DNA of 34,904 nt. Source: Nitrospirota bacterium (lineage in GTDB: Bacteria > Patescibacteriota > Gracilibacteria > UBA1369 > LOWO2-01-FULL-3). Below are positions 26,346 to 34,904 of the stretch, in pieces. The DNA lies in assembly GCA_030598325.1 (NCBI GenBank), contig JAUVQE010000003.1, positions 1 to 34,904 of the forward strand, written 5' to 3'. How positions within the stretch are numbered: the stretch's first letter is position 1; each line of letters begins with the position of its first letter. The notes beneath the pieces were generated by a model that saw only the letters and a list, made by a program, of their open reading frames with translations, did not search any database and was not told the DNA's origin. Made by a program: the position numbers and the translations under genes.

Positions 26346-27999
26346 AAATGGCTTCGTTATAGCATTTTTCACAATAAACAGTTTCCGGTCGATCCGGTGC
26401 ATATGAAGTTTTTATATCAACTCCACACTTGTCACACTTACGAGTCCAAACTTTATGAGGATTTCGCACCGACAACCGAACTTCGTTTCGAGTTTCAGGA
26501 GCCAATCTAGGAATCGGAATCTTCATTCTACGATAAAACTTCAATTCCTTCTCATTAATTTTATAAGGTCGCCCACTCTTCTCACATACCAAATTTTTAC
26601 TCAAAATATCGTCACCAACATCATCAATCGAATCAGGAATCTTCTCACCATTTTCAATCTCTTTTTCCTCTTCCTCTACCCAATTCAAGCCTGCCTCCGA
26701 AACTTCTTCCCGATTCATGGGAAAGAGATCATTGGCAACCGTTTCATTATAAGCCCACGGCGAAATGTTCATCGGGAAAAATTCACCCCACTCACCGGTA
26801 GACTTCATATGCTCAATAATTCGCGCTCTCATTTCAAAATAATCTTCCTTAGAATACTGTTTATTCAAAATACAATACGAAGCCTTCTTCATATTACTGC
26901 AACCAAAAAGATCATGAGAATTTTGGGCAATAGTATCGCAATAACGAGTGTCGTTTGCATGCCAAACAAATGATCCATAAGCACAATTTACGCCGGAAAT
27001 AGAACCCAACATTTCATAAAACAATTCGCATCCTTCATGTCCAACATGATCACTACTCGCGGCATCTTTGATACCCCAACCCGCAAGATAAACATCCTTC
27101 AAATCTTCAGCCGGTCCGGAAATATCAAAACAGTTATAAGCATTCTTCGCATTCACCAAATTATCACCAAAACTATTTTCAACATTCACCAAATTTGCAA
27201 ACTTATGAGGGAATCCTAATCGAAATTTATCAAACTCAGCCTTCATTCGTTCCACCGCAGAATAACTACCAAAATCATACTCCTTCATCTTCGTTTCATA
27301 CTCCTCTTTCGAATATTTCTTATTAAAAATATGATATTCCTTATTCCTCAGCCCCACACAAAACGCACAATTACTACAAGAACGACAATCAAACAAAAAC
27401 GCGCTATCCCGACAATTCTGCGAATTTCTACAATACTTACTCTCATACATTTTCACACAATCAATCAATTCGTAGCTCAATCTCGATTCCTCAACCCAAT
27501 AAGTGTCGTACAAATCCTGCGAATGAAAACAAAAACCGTCATACATACAATCCTCATTGAAATCCCCTCCAAAAACCAGATAACAATTCTTGTTTGAAGT
27601 CGTAATATTGCAATATTCGCTATTCTCAGCCTTCATATTCATCAAACTAAACCGCGGAACCGCCAACTGCAGCTCATGGAATTGTTCAAAAAAAGGCCGG
27701 TTAAAGTCATAATCACGGCCATATTCCTTTGGATCCCAATCATCACTCCACCAGACATCCTGGGAATAAACTTTATATGGTTTGTCAGAAGAATACAGGG
27801 AAATTATCGGATTACCGGTCAGATCACATTTATCTTTGTAAATTCTCCGCTCATTTCGATGAGCCAAACGTCGGCGCAATCGCTCATCCGGACACAAAGT
27901 CGGCAAAGGGAGCTTCATTCTTCGCAAAAGATCCTGTTCCCATTCAGTAATAACAAAATTTTTCCCGCTTACCCTGCATTTAAGGTTTAAATCAGCCAT
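26338..27999 (-). CDS. Cys-rich protein (paralog 1, partly degenerate zinc ribbons)
   Basis: Colinear with its neighbour: PTLCPD, RNER..YK.KCDL, WWSD.WD...YGRD.DF.RPFF.Q, YSKE.Y, GEF.P...S...YNETVAN, RNP...W...CDKC. ATG 27999 lies 8 nt after a TATAGT box. Confidence 0.85.
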   Translation of the reverse strand: MADLNLKCRVSGKNFVITEWEQDLLRRMKLPLPTLCPDERLRRRLAHRNERRIYKDKCDLTGNPIISLYSSDKPYKVYSQDVWWSDDWDPKEYGRDYDFNRPFFEQFHELQLAVPRFSLMNMKAENSEYCNITTSNKNCYLVFGGDFNEDCMYDGFCFHSQDLYDTYWVEESRLSYELIDCVKMYESKYCRNSQNCRDSAFLFDCRSCSNCAFCVGLRNKEYHIFNKKYSKEEYETKMKEYDFGSYSAVERMKAEFDKFRLGFPHKFANLVNVENSFGDNLVNAKNAYNCFDISGPAEDLKDVYLAGWGIKDAASSDHVGHEGCELFYEMLGSISGVNCAYGSFVWHANDTRYCDTIAQNSHDLFGCSNMKKASYCILNKQYSKEDYFEMRARIIEHMKSTGEWGEFFPMNISPWAYNETVANDLFPMNREEVSEAGLNWVEEEEKEIENGEKIPDSIDDVGDDILSKNLVCEKSGRPYKINEKELKFYRRMKIPIPRLAPETRNEVRLSVRNPHKVWTRKCDKCGVDIKTSYAPDRPETVYCEKCYNEAIYG

Positions 28000-28080
28000 G
28001 GAAAACAACTATACAAGAATTTTAGAAAAACTTTAAGAAAATTTAATAATTTTTTTAAGTTTGTTTGCTAAAAAGGAGAT

Positions 28081-28956
28081 ATGATCAAATCAATTCGAAA
28101 AAACGACACCGACTATCCGGCTCTATTAAGGGAATTACACGAGTCACCGCAAAAACTTTATTACAAAGGAGACCTAAACACTCTCAAAAAAACCTGCATT
28201 AGCATCGTCGGCACGCGCAAATACACAGACTATGGAGAATTTATGACAAACAAAATAATTGAGGAACTCGCGGTTCTCGACATAGCAATTGTATCCGGTT
28301 TAGCCATAGGAATCGACGCAATCGCCCATAAAGCGGCCCTCGAAAACAACATCCCAACAATAGCGGTCTTGGGCAACGGACTTAACAACATTTACCCGAC
28401 AGCAAATCTTAGACTTGCCCAAAAAATCATCCAAAACGGGCTCATTCTCTCCGAATACGAACCGGAAACCCCACCTCTAAAATACAATTTCCCACAAAGA
28501 AACAGAATAGTCAGCGGGCTTTCCATAGCGACAATAGTGATAGAAGCCCCCGAAAAATCGGGAGCGCTGATAACAGCACGCCTCGCACTCGAACAAGGAC
28601 GGGAAATTTTTGTCGTTCCCGGAGACGCGGACAGAAAAAACAGCAAAGGAATAATCCAATTAATTCAAAGCAGTAGCGCATATCCGATCACATCAGGAGA
28701 AGACGTAATAGAAGTCCTAAAAATTCAGCCGCATCTTTTTCCTCCGGCTAAAGCCAAAAATCCGCCCACACTCTACAAATTCACACCGGAAGAAATACAA
28801 ATTCTCTCCTCCATGCAAAAACGCCGCCCAACCACACTCGACCAAATCGCCAAAAAATCCACACTGGCAGTTGAAAAAATCCTCTCCACTCTCTCAATCC
28901 TCGAAATAAAAGGCCTGGTCTCAACAAAAGATGGAAAATATCTCCGCAAGTGCTAA
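28081..28956 (+). CDS. dprA: DNA-processing protein DprA (short form, no N-terminal SAM domain)
   Basis: IVGTR, VSGLAIGIDA.AH, FPQRNRIVSGLS, EAPEKSGALITA, EQGR.IF.VPG and a C-terminal winged helix. Confidence 0.95.
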   Translation: MIKSIRKNDTDYPALLRELHESPQKLYYKGDLNTLKKTCISIVGTRKYTDYGEFMTNKIIEELAVLDIAIVSGLAIGIDAIAHKAALENNIPTIAVLGNGLNNIYPTANLRLAQKIIQNGLILSEYEPETPPLKYNFPQRNRIVSGLSIATIVIEAPEKSGALITARLALEQGREIFVVPGDADRKNSKGIIQLIQSSSAYPITSGEDVIEVLKIQPHLFPPAKAKNPPTLYKFTPEEIQILSSMQKRRPTTLDQIAKKSTLAVEKILSTLSILEIKGLVSTKDGKYLRKC

Positions 28957-28983
28957 AATGTCCTCAGCAAAACATCATCCAGT

Positions 28984-30192
28984 ATGCACAAGATCAGAAC
29001 ACATCACAAACACGAAGAAGGAAAAATCTTCTCCCGATTAATCCTCATAATAGGTTTCGGGATAGGGTTGTCACTTCCAATATTTCCAAACTTTGTAAAA
29101 ACAATCTTAAGTACGGATTCGGCAACAAGCGCCTTTTATTCAACAATGGCGATAGTAATGATGATAACGGCACTGACCAGTACATTTCTCCTGAGAAAAG
29201 TCGAAAGATCCACAATAATAAAAGTAAGTCTCATTATTCTAAGCGCTTCATTTTTTGCCTTAATATTTGTGACGAGAATACAGTCGCTTGCGATTTTAAA
29301 CGCGCTTCAAGTCATTTTTTTACTGTTTGTAGTCATGACACTATCTCTATACGTAAGAGATTTTGCCAAAAGTAGAGACTTAGGCAAAGAAGAAGGAAAA
29401 TTTTTCAAATATCAAAACCTCGGTTACTTCGTCGGGCCGCTTATAGGTGGATTTACAGCGGTATATTTCGGTTATGAAACCGCATTTATATTATCATCCC
29501 TTGCTTTTATGCTCGGGTTTTTATATTTCAGTCATTTGCGTATCGTCCAGAAACATCCCGCAATTGTCGAAGGAAAAAAACAACCGCAATTTAAATTTTT
29601 TGAAAATCTAAAACACTATTTTAGAGAAAAAAACAGACGCAAAGTTTTCATATTCACTTTATTTTTAATGATATGGCTGGGATTTAAAAGGCTCTACATA
29701 CCGCTTTATATAGTGTTTTCCGGATACATAGAAAGCATGACGGGAATTATACTTGCCCTGACTATAGTTCCATTAATTTTAATGGAAGAAAAAACAGGGG
29801 AGTACGCCGATAAGCATGGAGTCAGAAAGCCAATAACACTTGGATTTACAATAATGGCGCTAAGCCTCCTGATAATCTTTTTCAACCCGTATACATTCGT
29901 CAATTTTTTTATTATCGTAGCCGCGCATTTCGGAATGGCGCTGGTGGAGCCGCTACAAGAATATTTTCTTTTTAAAAACATGAAGAAAAAAGACGAAGAT
30001 AATTTATATGGAATATATATGACCGCGGATCCGATAGCACTTTTCCTGACACCGACAATTGGAGCGGTAATACTGATATTTTTCCAGTTCAATCACTTAT
30101 TCCTGTTTTTTGGAATAATTATGGCTATCGCAAGCGGATTTTCGTGGTTTACCCTAAGACAGAAGTTGCCCGATGAACTTCCTCAAGAGTAG
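28984..30192 (+). CDS. MFS transporter
   Basis: About 12 hydrophobic segments, G.F.GPLIGG, GEYADKHGVRK (motif A-like). Overlaps the 3' end of the convergent pilB2 by 44 bp. Confidence 0.88.
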   Translation: MHKIRTHHKHEEGKIFSRLILIIGFGIGLSLPIFPNFVKTILSTDSATSAFYSTMAIVMMITALTSTFLLRKVERSTIIKVSLIILSASFFALIFVTRIQSLAILNALQVIFLLFVVMTLSLYVRDFAKSRDLGKEEGKFFKYQNLGYFVGPLIGGFTAVYFGYETAFILSSLAFMLGFLYFSHLRIVQKHPAIVEGKKQPQFKFFENLKHYFREKNRRKVFIFTLFLMIWLGFKRLYIPLYIVFSGYIESMTGIILALTIVPLILMEEKTGEYADKHGVRKPITLGFTIMALSLLIIFFNPYTFVNFFIIVAAHFGMALVEPLQEYFLFKNMKKKDEDNLYGIYMTADPIALFLTPTIGAVILIFFQFNHLFLFFGIIMAIASGFSWFTLRQKLPDELPQE

Positions 30193-31879
30193 TCAAACCC
30201 TGAGCGACTTTCAAAAAACCATCTTCCCGCAATGTAATAATGCCATCTTTTCTCGCCGCCGCGATTAAATCAACAGAACTAGCGTTATCGAGAATCAACT
30301 GCTTCATTTCTGAAGTAATAGTCACGACTTCGGCAAGAACAAGCCGTCCAAGATAACCGGTGTTGCTACAGGCATCACATCCATGAACTTTGGCGATCTT
30401 ATCGGGGATCTGTGCCTCAATCCCCGGATTAACTTTTTTCAGATTTTCAAATATTTCCGAGAATTCTTTTTCTTCACTTTTGCTAATGGGCTCGGATGTC
30501 ACACATTTCGGGCAAACTTTACGCACCAGGCGCTGGGCGACAATAGTATTAAGAGCGGGCGCCACCATAAAAGACGGAAGCCCCATATTCACAAGACGCG
30601 GAATAGCTTCAAGCGCGCTGTTTGTATGAAGAGTGCTTAAAAGAATATGACCGGTAAGAGATGCCTGCGCCGCGGTTTCAGCGGTTTCAATATCACGAAT
30701 TTCCCCAATCATAACAACATCAGGATCATGCCTTAAAATAGAACGCAGTCCCGTGGCGAAATTATAATCACGGCTTTCATCAACCTGACTTTGAGTGACC
30801 CCTTTCATGTAATATTCGACAGGATCTTCCAGGGTGATAATTTTATTTTCGGGAGTATTCATTATCCCGAGAATTGAATACAAAGTTGTGGATTTACCGC
30901 TTCCGGTAGGACCGGTAACAAGAATCATTCCCTGGGAAATGGTTGAAGCTTTTTGCAATTTTTTTAAAGCCAACCCCTGGAATCCAAGCTCTTCAAGAGT
31001 CAGAGCTTTGCGACCCGAAGGTAAATATCTGCATACAAAAGATTCACCATACGGAGTTGGGATCGACGCGACACGAACAGCGGTTTTATTTTTATTAAAA
31101 ACAAAAACATATCGGCCATCCTGCGGTATTGAAACCACATTAAGCTTCATTTTCGATTGATATTTGATTTGCTCGGCGATTTTGGAATAAATGCCTGCAT
31201 CAATTGTAAAAACCTCATGAAGCACGCCGTCTATACGAAACCTGACAACAACACGCCCTTCCTCCGGCTCATAATGGACGTCGGATGCATGAGTTTTCAT
31301 TGCGGCAACATTTAAAAGGTTTAACCCCTCCTCAGCTGTAATTTCAGAAAGTTTTTTTGGTAAATCTTTTAATTGGGTGATTTCTTTCTCATAAGTTTTG
31401 ATAGCCCCTTCCTCGACTTTCTCAATAATTTCAATTTTTTTATATTTTTGCGTGGATTTATAAAATTTTAAAGCATCATCAATTCCGGCGGATGAAGCCA
31501 AATTTACATTAACTTCATAGCCTTGTTTTTGTAGGGCCTCAATTGTGCTTTTTGTTTCAGGATCTTCAGGTTCTTCTACGGCAACCCTCATTTTTTTCCC
31601 GACTCTGAAAAATGGAATAAGCCGAGCCTTCTGCGCATCCTCATAATCAACCAATTTTAAAAAATCAGCATTAAGCGGAGTTTTTGCAATATTTATATAA
31701 GGCAATTCCAAATCTCCGGCACGCTTCAAAGTGGATTTTTCCTGAAATTCTCTGTTCACCTGGGAAACAGCGGTAGAAGTGGTCACCATTTTTGACGCAG
31801 ACTTTTTGCTTTCAGCAGAACCCTGTGCCTGATCAGCCACTTGCGCTTTGTCACCCGTAGTAAGATCCTGATTTACCAT
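30149..31879 (-). CDS. Second PilB/GspE-family ATPase
   Basis: ASDVHYEP, PQDGR, GPTGSGKSTT, LEDPVEY, LRHDPDVVMIGEIRD, TGHILLSTLHTN, CPKC...CDAC. Confidence 0.93.
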   Translation of the reverse strand: MVNQDLTTGDKAQVADQAQGSAESKKSASKMVTTSTAVSQVNREFQEKSTLKRAGDLELPYINIAKTPLNADFLKLVDYEDAQKARLIPFFRVGKKMRVAVEEPEDPETKSTIEALQKQGYEVNVNLASSAGIDDALKFYKSTQKYKKIEIIEKVEEGAIKTYEKEITQLKDLPKKLSEITAEEGLNLLNVAAMKTHASDVHYEPEEGRVVVRFRIDGVLHEVFTIDAGIYSKIAEQIKYQSKMKLNVVSIPQDGRYVFVFNKNKTAVRVASIPTPYGESFVCRYLPSGRKALTLEELGFQGLALKKLQKASTISQGMILVTGPTGSGKSTTLYSILGIMNTPENKIITLEDPVEYYMKGVTQSQVDESRDYNFATGLRSILRHDPDVVMIGEIRDIETAETAAQASLTGHILLSTLHTNSALEAIPRLVNMGLPSFMVAPALNTIVAQRLVRKVCPKCVTSEPISKSEEKEFSEIFENLKKVNPGIEAQIPDKIAKVHGCDACSNTGYLGRLVLAEVVTITSEMKQLILDNASSVDLIAAARKDGIITLREDGFLKVAQGLTTLEEVHRATSVLG

Positions 31880-31882
31880 AAG

Positions 31883-31913
31883 TTAGATACAAAAATATCT
31901 AAGTATTATAGCA
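31883..31913 (-). promoter_or_regulatory. Extended -10 promoter of pilB2 with an inverted repeat over the start site
   Basis: Minus strand TG-c-TATAAT (31913-31905); TTAGATA-N6-TATCTAA at 31883-31902. Confidence 0.55.
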
Positions 31914-31936
31914 AAAAACGGACGATTTAGCTAGAA

Positions 31937-33184
31937 CTAAGCAACTTTTTTTACAGCATCCACAATCTTCTTTGCTCCATCCTCATCAATCCCATCAACT
32001 TCAGCCAAATCCTTCTTGCCAAGCCCTTTAATCTGTTCCACCAAAGTTAAATTCGCCGTAGATAATTTTTCTACCAATTCCTTATCCAGACCAAGATCTT
32101 CAACTTTTTCAACAACAAGCTTCTTTTCTCCTTTAGGAGTCTTACCTTCATAATCACTAATATCAAGAATATCAATTTCCCAGCCGGTCAAAATAGAAGC
32201 CAATCTAACATTTTGCCCCTGCTTCCCAATGGCAAGAGGCCTTTGATCCGGTTGTACGAAAACCTTAACTCTCTTCAACTTTTCATTCAGCTGAATCACA
32301 GAAGTTTTGGCGGGAGCCAAAGAGGTTTTTATATACTCAGTCATATCCTCTGACCACTGAATAATATCTATTCTTTCACCATTCAGTTCATCCATAATGT
32401 TCTGAACACGAATACCTTTTTGTCCGACACAGGAACCGATTGGGTCAATCTTTTCATCAGTTGAAAGAACAGCGACTTTACATCTGACGCCAGGATCTCT
32501 GGCAATTGACTTAATTTCAACAATCCCGGATTTAATTTCGGGAATCTCAAGTTCCAAAAGCTTTTTGACCAAATTCGGATGAGTTCTCGAAATCATCAAT
32601 TGGGGTCCTTTCGTTGTTTTAATAACTTTATCCAGATAAAGCTTGATCCTTTGTCCGGAATAATATTTTTCCCCGGGGATCTGATGCTCATAAGGAATAT
32701 TTGTGGTCGTTTTATTGTCCAGGTTTATATAAACATTTGTGCCGTCAACTCTGTGAACAATAGCGTTTATAAGCTCATTCTCTCTGTTTTTGAAAGTTTC
32801 ATACAAAACATCTCTTTCAGCGTCCTGAATTTTTTGAATGACGACCTGTTTCGCCGCTTGCGCGGCAATTCTTCCATAATTTGTAGGCGTAACATCAATG
32901 CGAACAGTATCACCGACTTTTGCTTTCTTACTATATTTTTTGGCATCCACTTCACTAATTTCCCTGTCTTCATCTTCAATCTTTTCAACAACTTCTTTAA
33001 CCAAATAAACAGTAGTAACGCCTGAATTTTCATCCAGATCAACGTCTATTTCCTGTTCTTTATTCCCATAATCTTTTCTGTAAGCCGCCCGTAGAGCGGA
33101 TTCGATAGTTTCGATTACAGTTTCCTTTGCGATATTTTTCTCGTCACAAAGTTGACTAATTGCCGCAAAAAATTGTGATTGCAT
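31937..33184 (-). CDS. nusA: Transcription termination/antitermination factor NusA
   Basis: GRIAAQAAKQV, S1 domain, SRTHP, ARDPG.R.K, G.CVGQKG.RV, AIGKQGQNVRLA..LTGW.ID. Confidence 0.97.
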   Translation of the reverse strand: MQSQFFAAISQLCDEKNIAKETVIETIESALRAAYRKDYGNKEQEIDVDLDENSGVTTVYLVKEVVEKIEDEDREISEVDAKKYSKKAKVGDTVRIDVTPTNYGRIAAQAAKQVVIQKIQDAERDVLYETFKNRENELINAIVHRVDGTNVYINLDNKTTTNIPYEHQIPGEKYYSGQRIKLYLDKVIKTTKGPQLMISRTHPNLVKKLLELEIPEIKSGIVEIKSIARDPGVRCKVAVLSTDEKIDPIGSCVGQKGIRVQNIMDELNGERIDIIQWSEDMTEYIKTSLAPAKTSVIQLNEKLKRVKVFVQPDQRPLAIGKQGQNVRLASILTGWEIDILDISDYEGKTPKGEKKLVVEKVEDLGLDKELVEKLSTANLTLVEQIKGLGKKDLAEVDGIDEDGAKKIVDAVKKVA

Positions 33185-33235
33185 AAGTAAAAAATTAATT
33201 ATAAAAAAACTGAATCTTAAATTAATTAAGATCCT

Positions 33236-33724
33236 TTATCCACTACGATCATAACACCGCTCAACAGCCTTGTAAATAGCATCTCTGTTAAGCCCGCGAG
33301 AATACAAAAACCGGTAAGCTTTCATTTTCTGTTCCTGAACCGGATATTTTTTAAACCTTTTTAAACGTTTTGTTAATAATTCATAAGCAATTTTATTCTC
33401 ATCTATCTCCGTTTCTTCCAGGCCCGACTCAATCAATTCCTTCTTCACACCTTTAAACTTAAGATCCCGGGCGATAAGAACCCGTCCCCGGGGCCTAAGC
33501 CTGATGCACTCGGAAATATAATCCTTCACGAACTGCTCATCGTTCAAATATCCAAGATCGACCATTCTCCGGATAACATTTTTTATATCATCCTCGCTTA
33601 TTTCTGCGCGCTTTGTTGAATATTTAGCAAGTTTTTTCTCCATTTCACTCATTGTATATCTTTTTTTGGAAAATATTCTCAAAGCATACCGCAATAATTT
33701 GTCATAACCTTCAGGAAAATTCAT
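33236..33724 (-). CDS. recX: Regulatory protein RecX
   Basis: Directly downstream of recA; AL...S....T..E...KL, GYLNDEQF, L..KGV, FLYSRG. Confidence 0.88.
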   Translation of the reverse strand: MNFPEGYDKLLRYALRIFSKKRYTMSEMEKKLAKYSTKRAEISEDDIKNVIRRMVDLGYLNDEQFVKDYISECIRLRPRGRVLIARDLKFKGVKKELIESGLEETEIDENKIAYELLTKRLKRFKKYPVQEQKMKAYRFLYSRGLNRDAIYKAVERCYDRSG

Positions 33725-33742
33725 TAAAGTATTTTATATTGC

Positions 33743-33776
33743 TACATTCGCGTTCGCTTCGCTACCGCGTTATGTA
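33743..33776 (-). repeat. Imperfect hairpin capped by GCGAAGC between recA and recX
   Basis: Minus strand TACAT-aa-CGCG-gta-GC-GAA-GC-gaa-CGCG-a-ATGTA. Confidence 0.5.
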
Positions 33777-33777
33777 A

Positions 33778-34842
33778 TTAAGCTTCAACCGGCAAGTTCT
33801 CAGCCGGTAATTTCGCCACAACCTTCTTTTTGTCCTCCGGCTTTCCAAAAACCAACGTTTTTACGTCTTTTTCAATCTCTCTAAGCACTCTCTCGTTTTC
33901 CATCAAAAAAGCTTTAACACTTTCTCTGCCCTGGCCGAGCTTTTTATCTTTATAACTGTAGAAAGAGCCGGATTTACGGGTCACATTATATTTGGTGGCC
34001 AAATCAAGAAGATCGCCTTCAAACGAAATCCCTTTATTGTACATAATATCGAATTCAGCAATCTTAAAAGGAGGAGCAATCTTATTTTTCACTATTTTAA
34101 CTTTAACCCGATTACCAACCAGTTCTTTTTCAATGGTTCCGATACCCTCGATTTTGCCAATAGCCCGGATATCCATTCTGACGGACGTATAAAACTTCAA
34201 AGCCCGTCCTCCGGTAGTGGTTTCCGGATTTCCAAACACAATTCCGATCTTCATTCTCAATTGGTTCAAAAAGATAACTGTAGTTTTCGTTTTAGAAACA
34301 AAAGAAGTAAGTTTTCGCAAAGCCTGGCTCATCAATCTGGCCTGAAGCCCCATATGAGCGTCACCCATATCACCTTCGATCTCCGCACGTGGAGTCAAAG
34401 CGGCAACACTATCAACAACGACAACATCAAGAGCGTTGCTTCTCACTAAAGTCTCAAGAATCTCAAGCGCCTGCTCCCCGCTGTCCGGCTGAGAAAGAAG
34501 AAGTTCATCCGTATTGACGCCTATTTTTTTTGCGTATTCGGGATCAAGAGCATGCTCCGCGTCAATAAAGGCAACACTGCCTCCGTTTTTTTGCGCTTCT
34601 GCGAGAATATGGAGACTCAAAGTGGTTTTTCCGGAACTCTCAGGTCCAAAAATCTCCACAACACGTCCACGAGGCACGCCTCCACCCAAAGCTATATCCA
34701 GCGACAATGAACCGGTAGATATTGTTTCAATAGGGGACAGGGCACCATTCCCTAATTTCATAATAGCCCCCTTTCCAAAATTTTTCTCGATTTGAGAAAT
34801 AGCTAATTCAATAGCTTTGTCTTTTTCATTTTTTGCATTCAT
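33778..34842 (-). CDS. recA: Recombinase RecA
   Basis: [59 protein letters not shown] 34842 (MNAKNEK) preferred over the track TTG at 34902. Confidence 0.98.
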   Translation of the reverse strand: MNAKNEKDKAIELAISQIEKNFGKGAIMKLGNGALSPIETISTGSLSLDIALGGGVPRGRVVEIFGPESSGKTTLSLHILAEAQKNGGSVAFIDAEHALDPEYAKKIGVNTDELLLSQPDSGEQALEILETLVRSNALDVVVVDSVAALTPRAEIEGDMGDAHMGLQARLMSQALRKLTSFVSKTKTTVIFLNQLRMKIGIVFGNPETTTGGRALKFYTSVRMDIRAIGKIEGIGTIEKELVGNRVKVKIVKNKIAPPFKIAEFDIMYNKGISFEGDLLDLATKYNVTRKSGSFYSYKDKKLGQGRESVKAFLMENERVLREIEKDVKTLVFGKPEDKKKVVAKLPAENLPVEA

Positions 34843-34872
34843 ATTTATGAGGTTAAAAATATTTGTGTCCCT

Positions 34873-34902
34873 AGTATAGGTGAGCGCACACTCACCTGTC
34901 AA
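34873..34902 (-). promoter_or_regulatory. recA promoter with a palindromic operator in the spacer
   Basis: Minus strand TTGACA (34902-34897), 18 bp, TATACT (34878-34873); AGGTGAG-N6-CTCACCT at 34878-34897. Confidence 0.8.
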
Positions 34903-34904
34903 TA

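Noticed and set aside
24684-27999. Diversity-generating retroelement template/variable repeat pair
   Set aside because: The similarity is protein-level paralogy, not near-identical DNA differing at adenines; no reverse transcriptase in the window.
28071-28080. AAGGAG as the Shine-Dalgarno of dprA
   Set aside because: Only 2 nt from the ATG, too close for typical SD spacing.
1277-34795. Numerous 60-236 aa ORFs antisense to or overlapping the called genes (e.g. 12741-13451, 11303-11806, 26455-26973, 28950-29375)
   Set aside because: They are shadows of well-supported genes, with no recognisable motifs or expression signals.
1-34904. UGA-to-Gly recoding (genetic code 25)
   Set aside because: Conserved genes are full length in the standard code, and TGA ends genes at the ATGA overlaps (5926, 6444, 9069).

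Overview
A gene-dense, AT-rich bacterial chromosome segment read with the standard code: TGA acts as a stop in three ATGA gene overlaps. The gene set suggests Patescibacteria/CPR, possibly Peregrinibacteria-like (inference). Supporting signs are a type IV pilus operon without a secretin, a TrwB/TraD-like ATPase, Cys-rich zinc-ribbon/solenoid proteins, a TrmB-type regulator, a short DprA, and mostly SD-less or leaderless genes. From left to right the window holds: the right end of an IS3-family element; a small AbrB-like gene; a 10-gene type IV pilus operon (pilB, pilC, four minor pilins including a 616-aa LVIVD-repeat pilin, a PilM-PilN fusion, pilO-like, a small membrane protein and the major pilin); pcrA-ymdB-S41 protease; a stand-alone double zinc-ribbon gene; an L,D-transpeptidase; dgt-nrdR plus two hypotheticals; a xer recombinase; a TrmB-like regulator; ftsE-purM; the TrwB-like ATPase; two tandem Cys-rich paralogs; dprA; an MFS transporter; a second pilB; nusA; recX; and recA. 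No rRNA, tRNA or CRISPR array was seen. The strongest leads are: (1) the zinc-ribbon cassette at 14113-14584, with a promoter, boxA-like element, complementary 5'/3' UTRs and a long 3' RNA stem; (2) a basic, signal-less protein that looks like a beta-barrel; (3) the asymmetric Cys-rich pair next to the ATPase; (4) a candidate non-canonical SOS box in the recA promoter.
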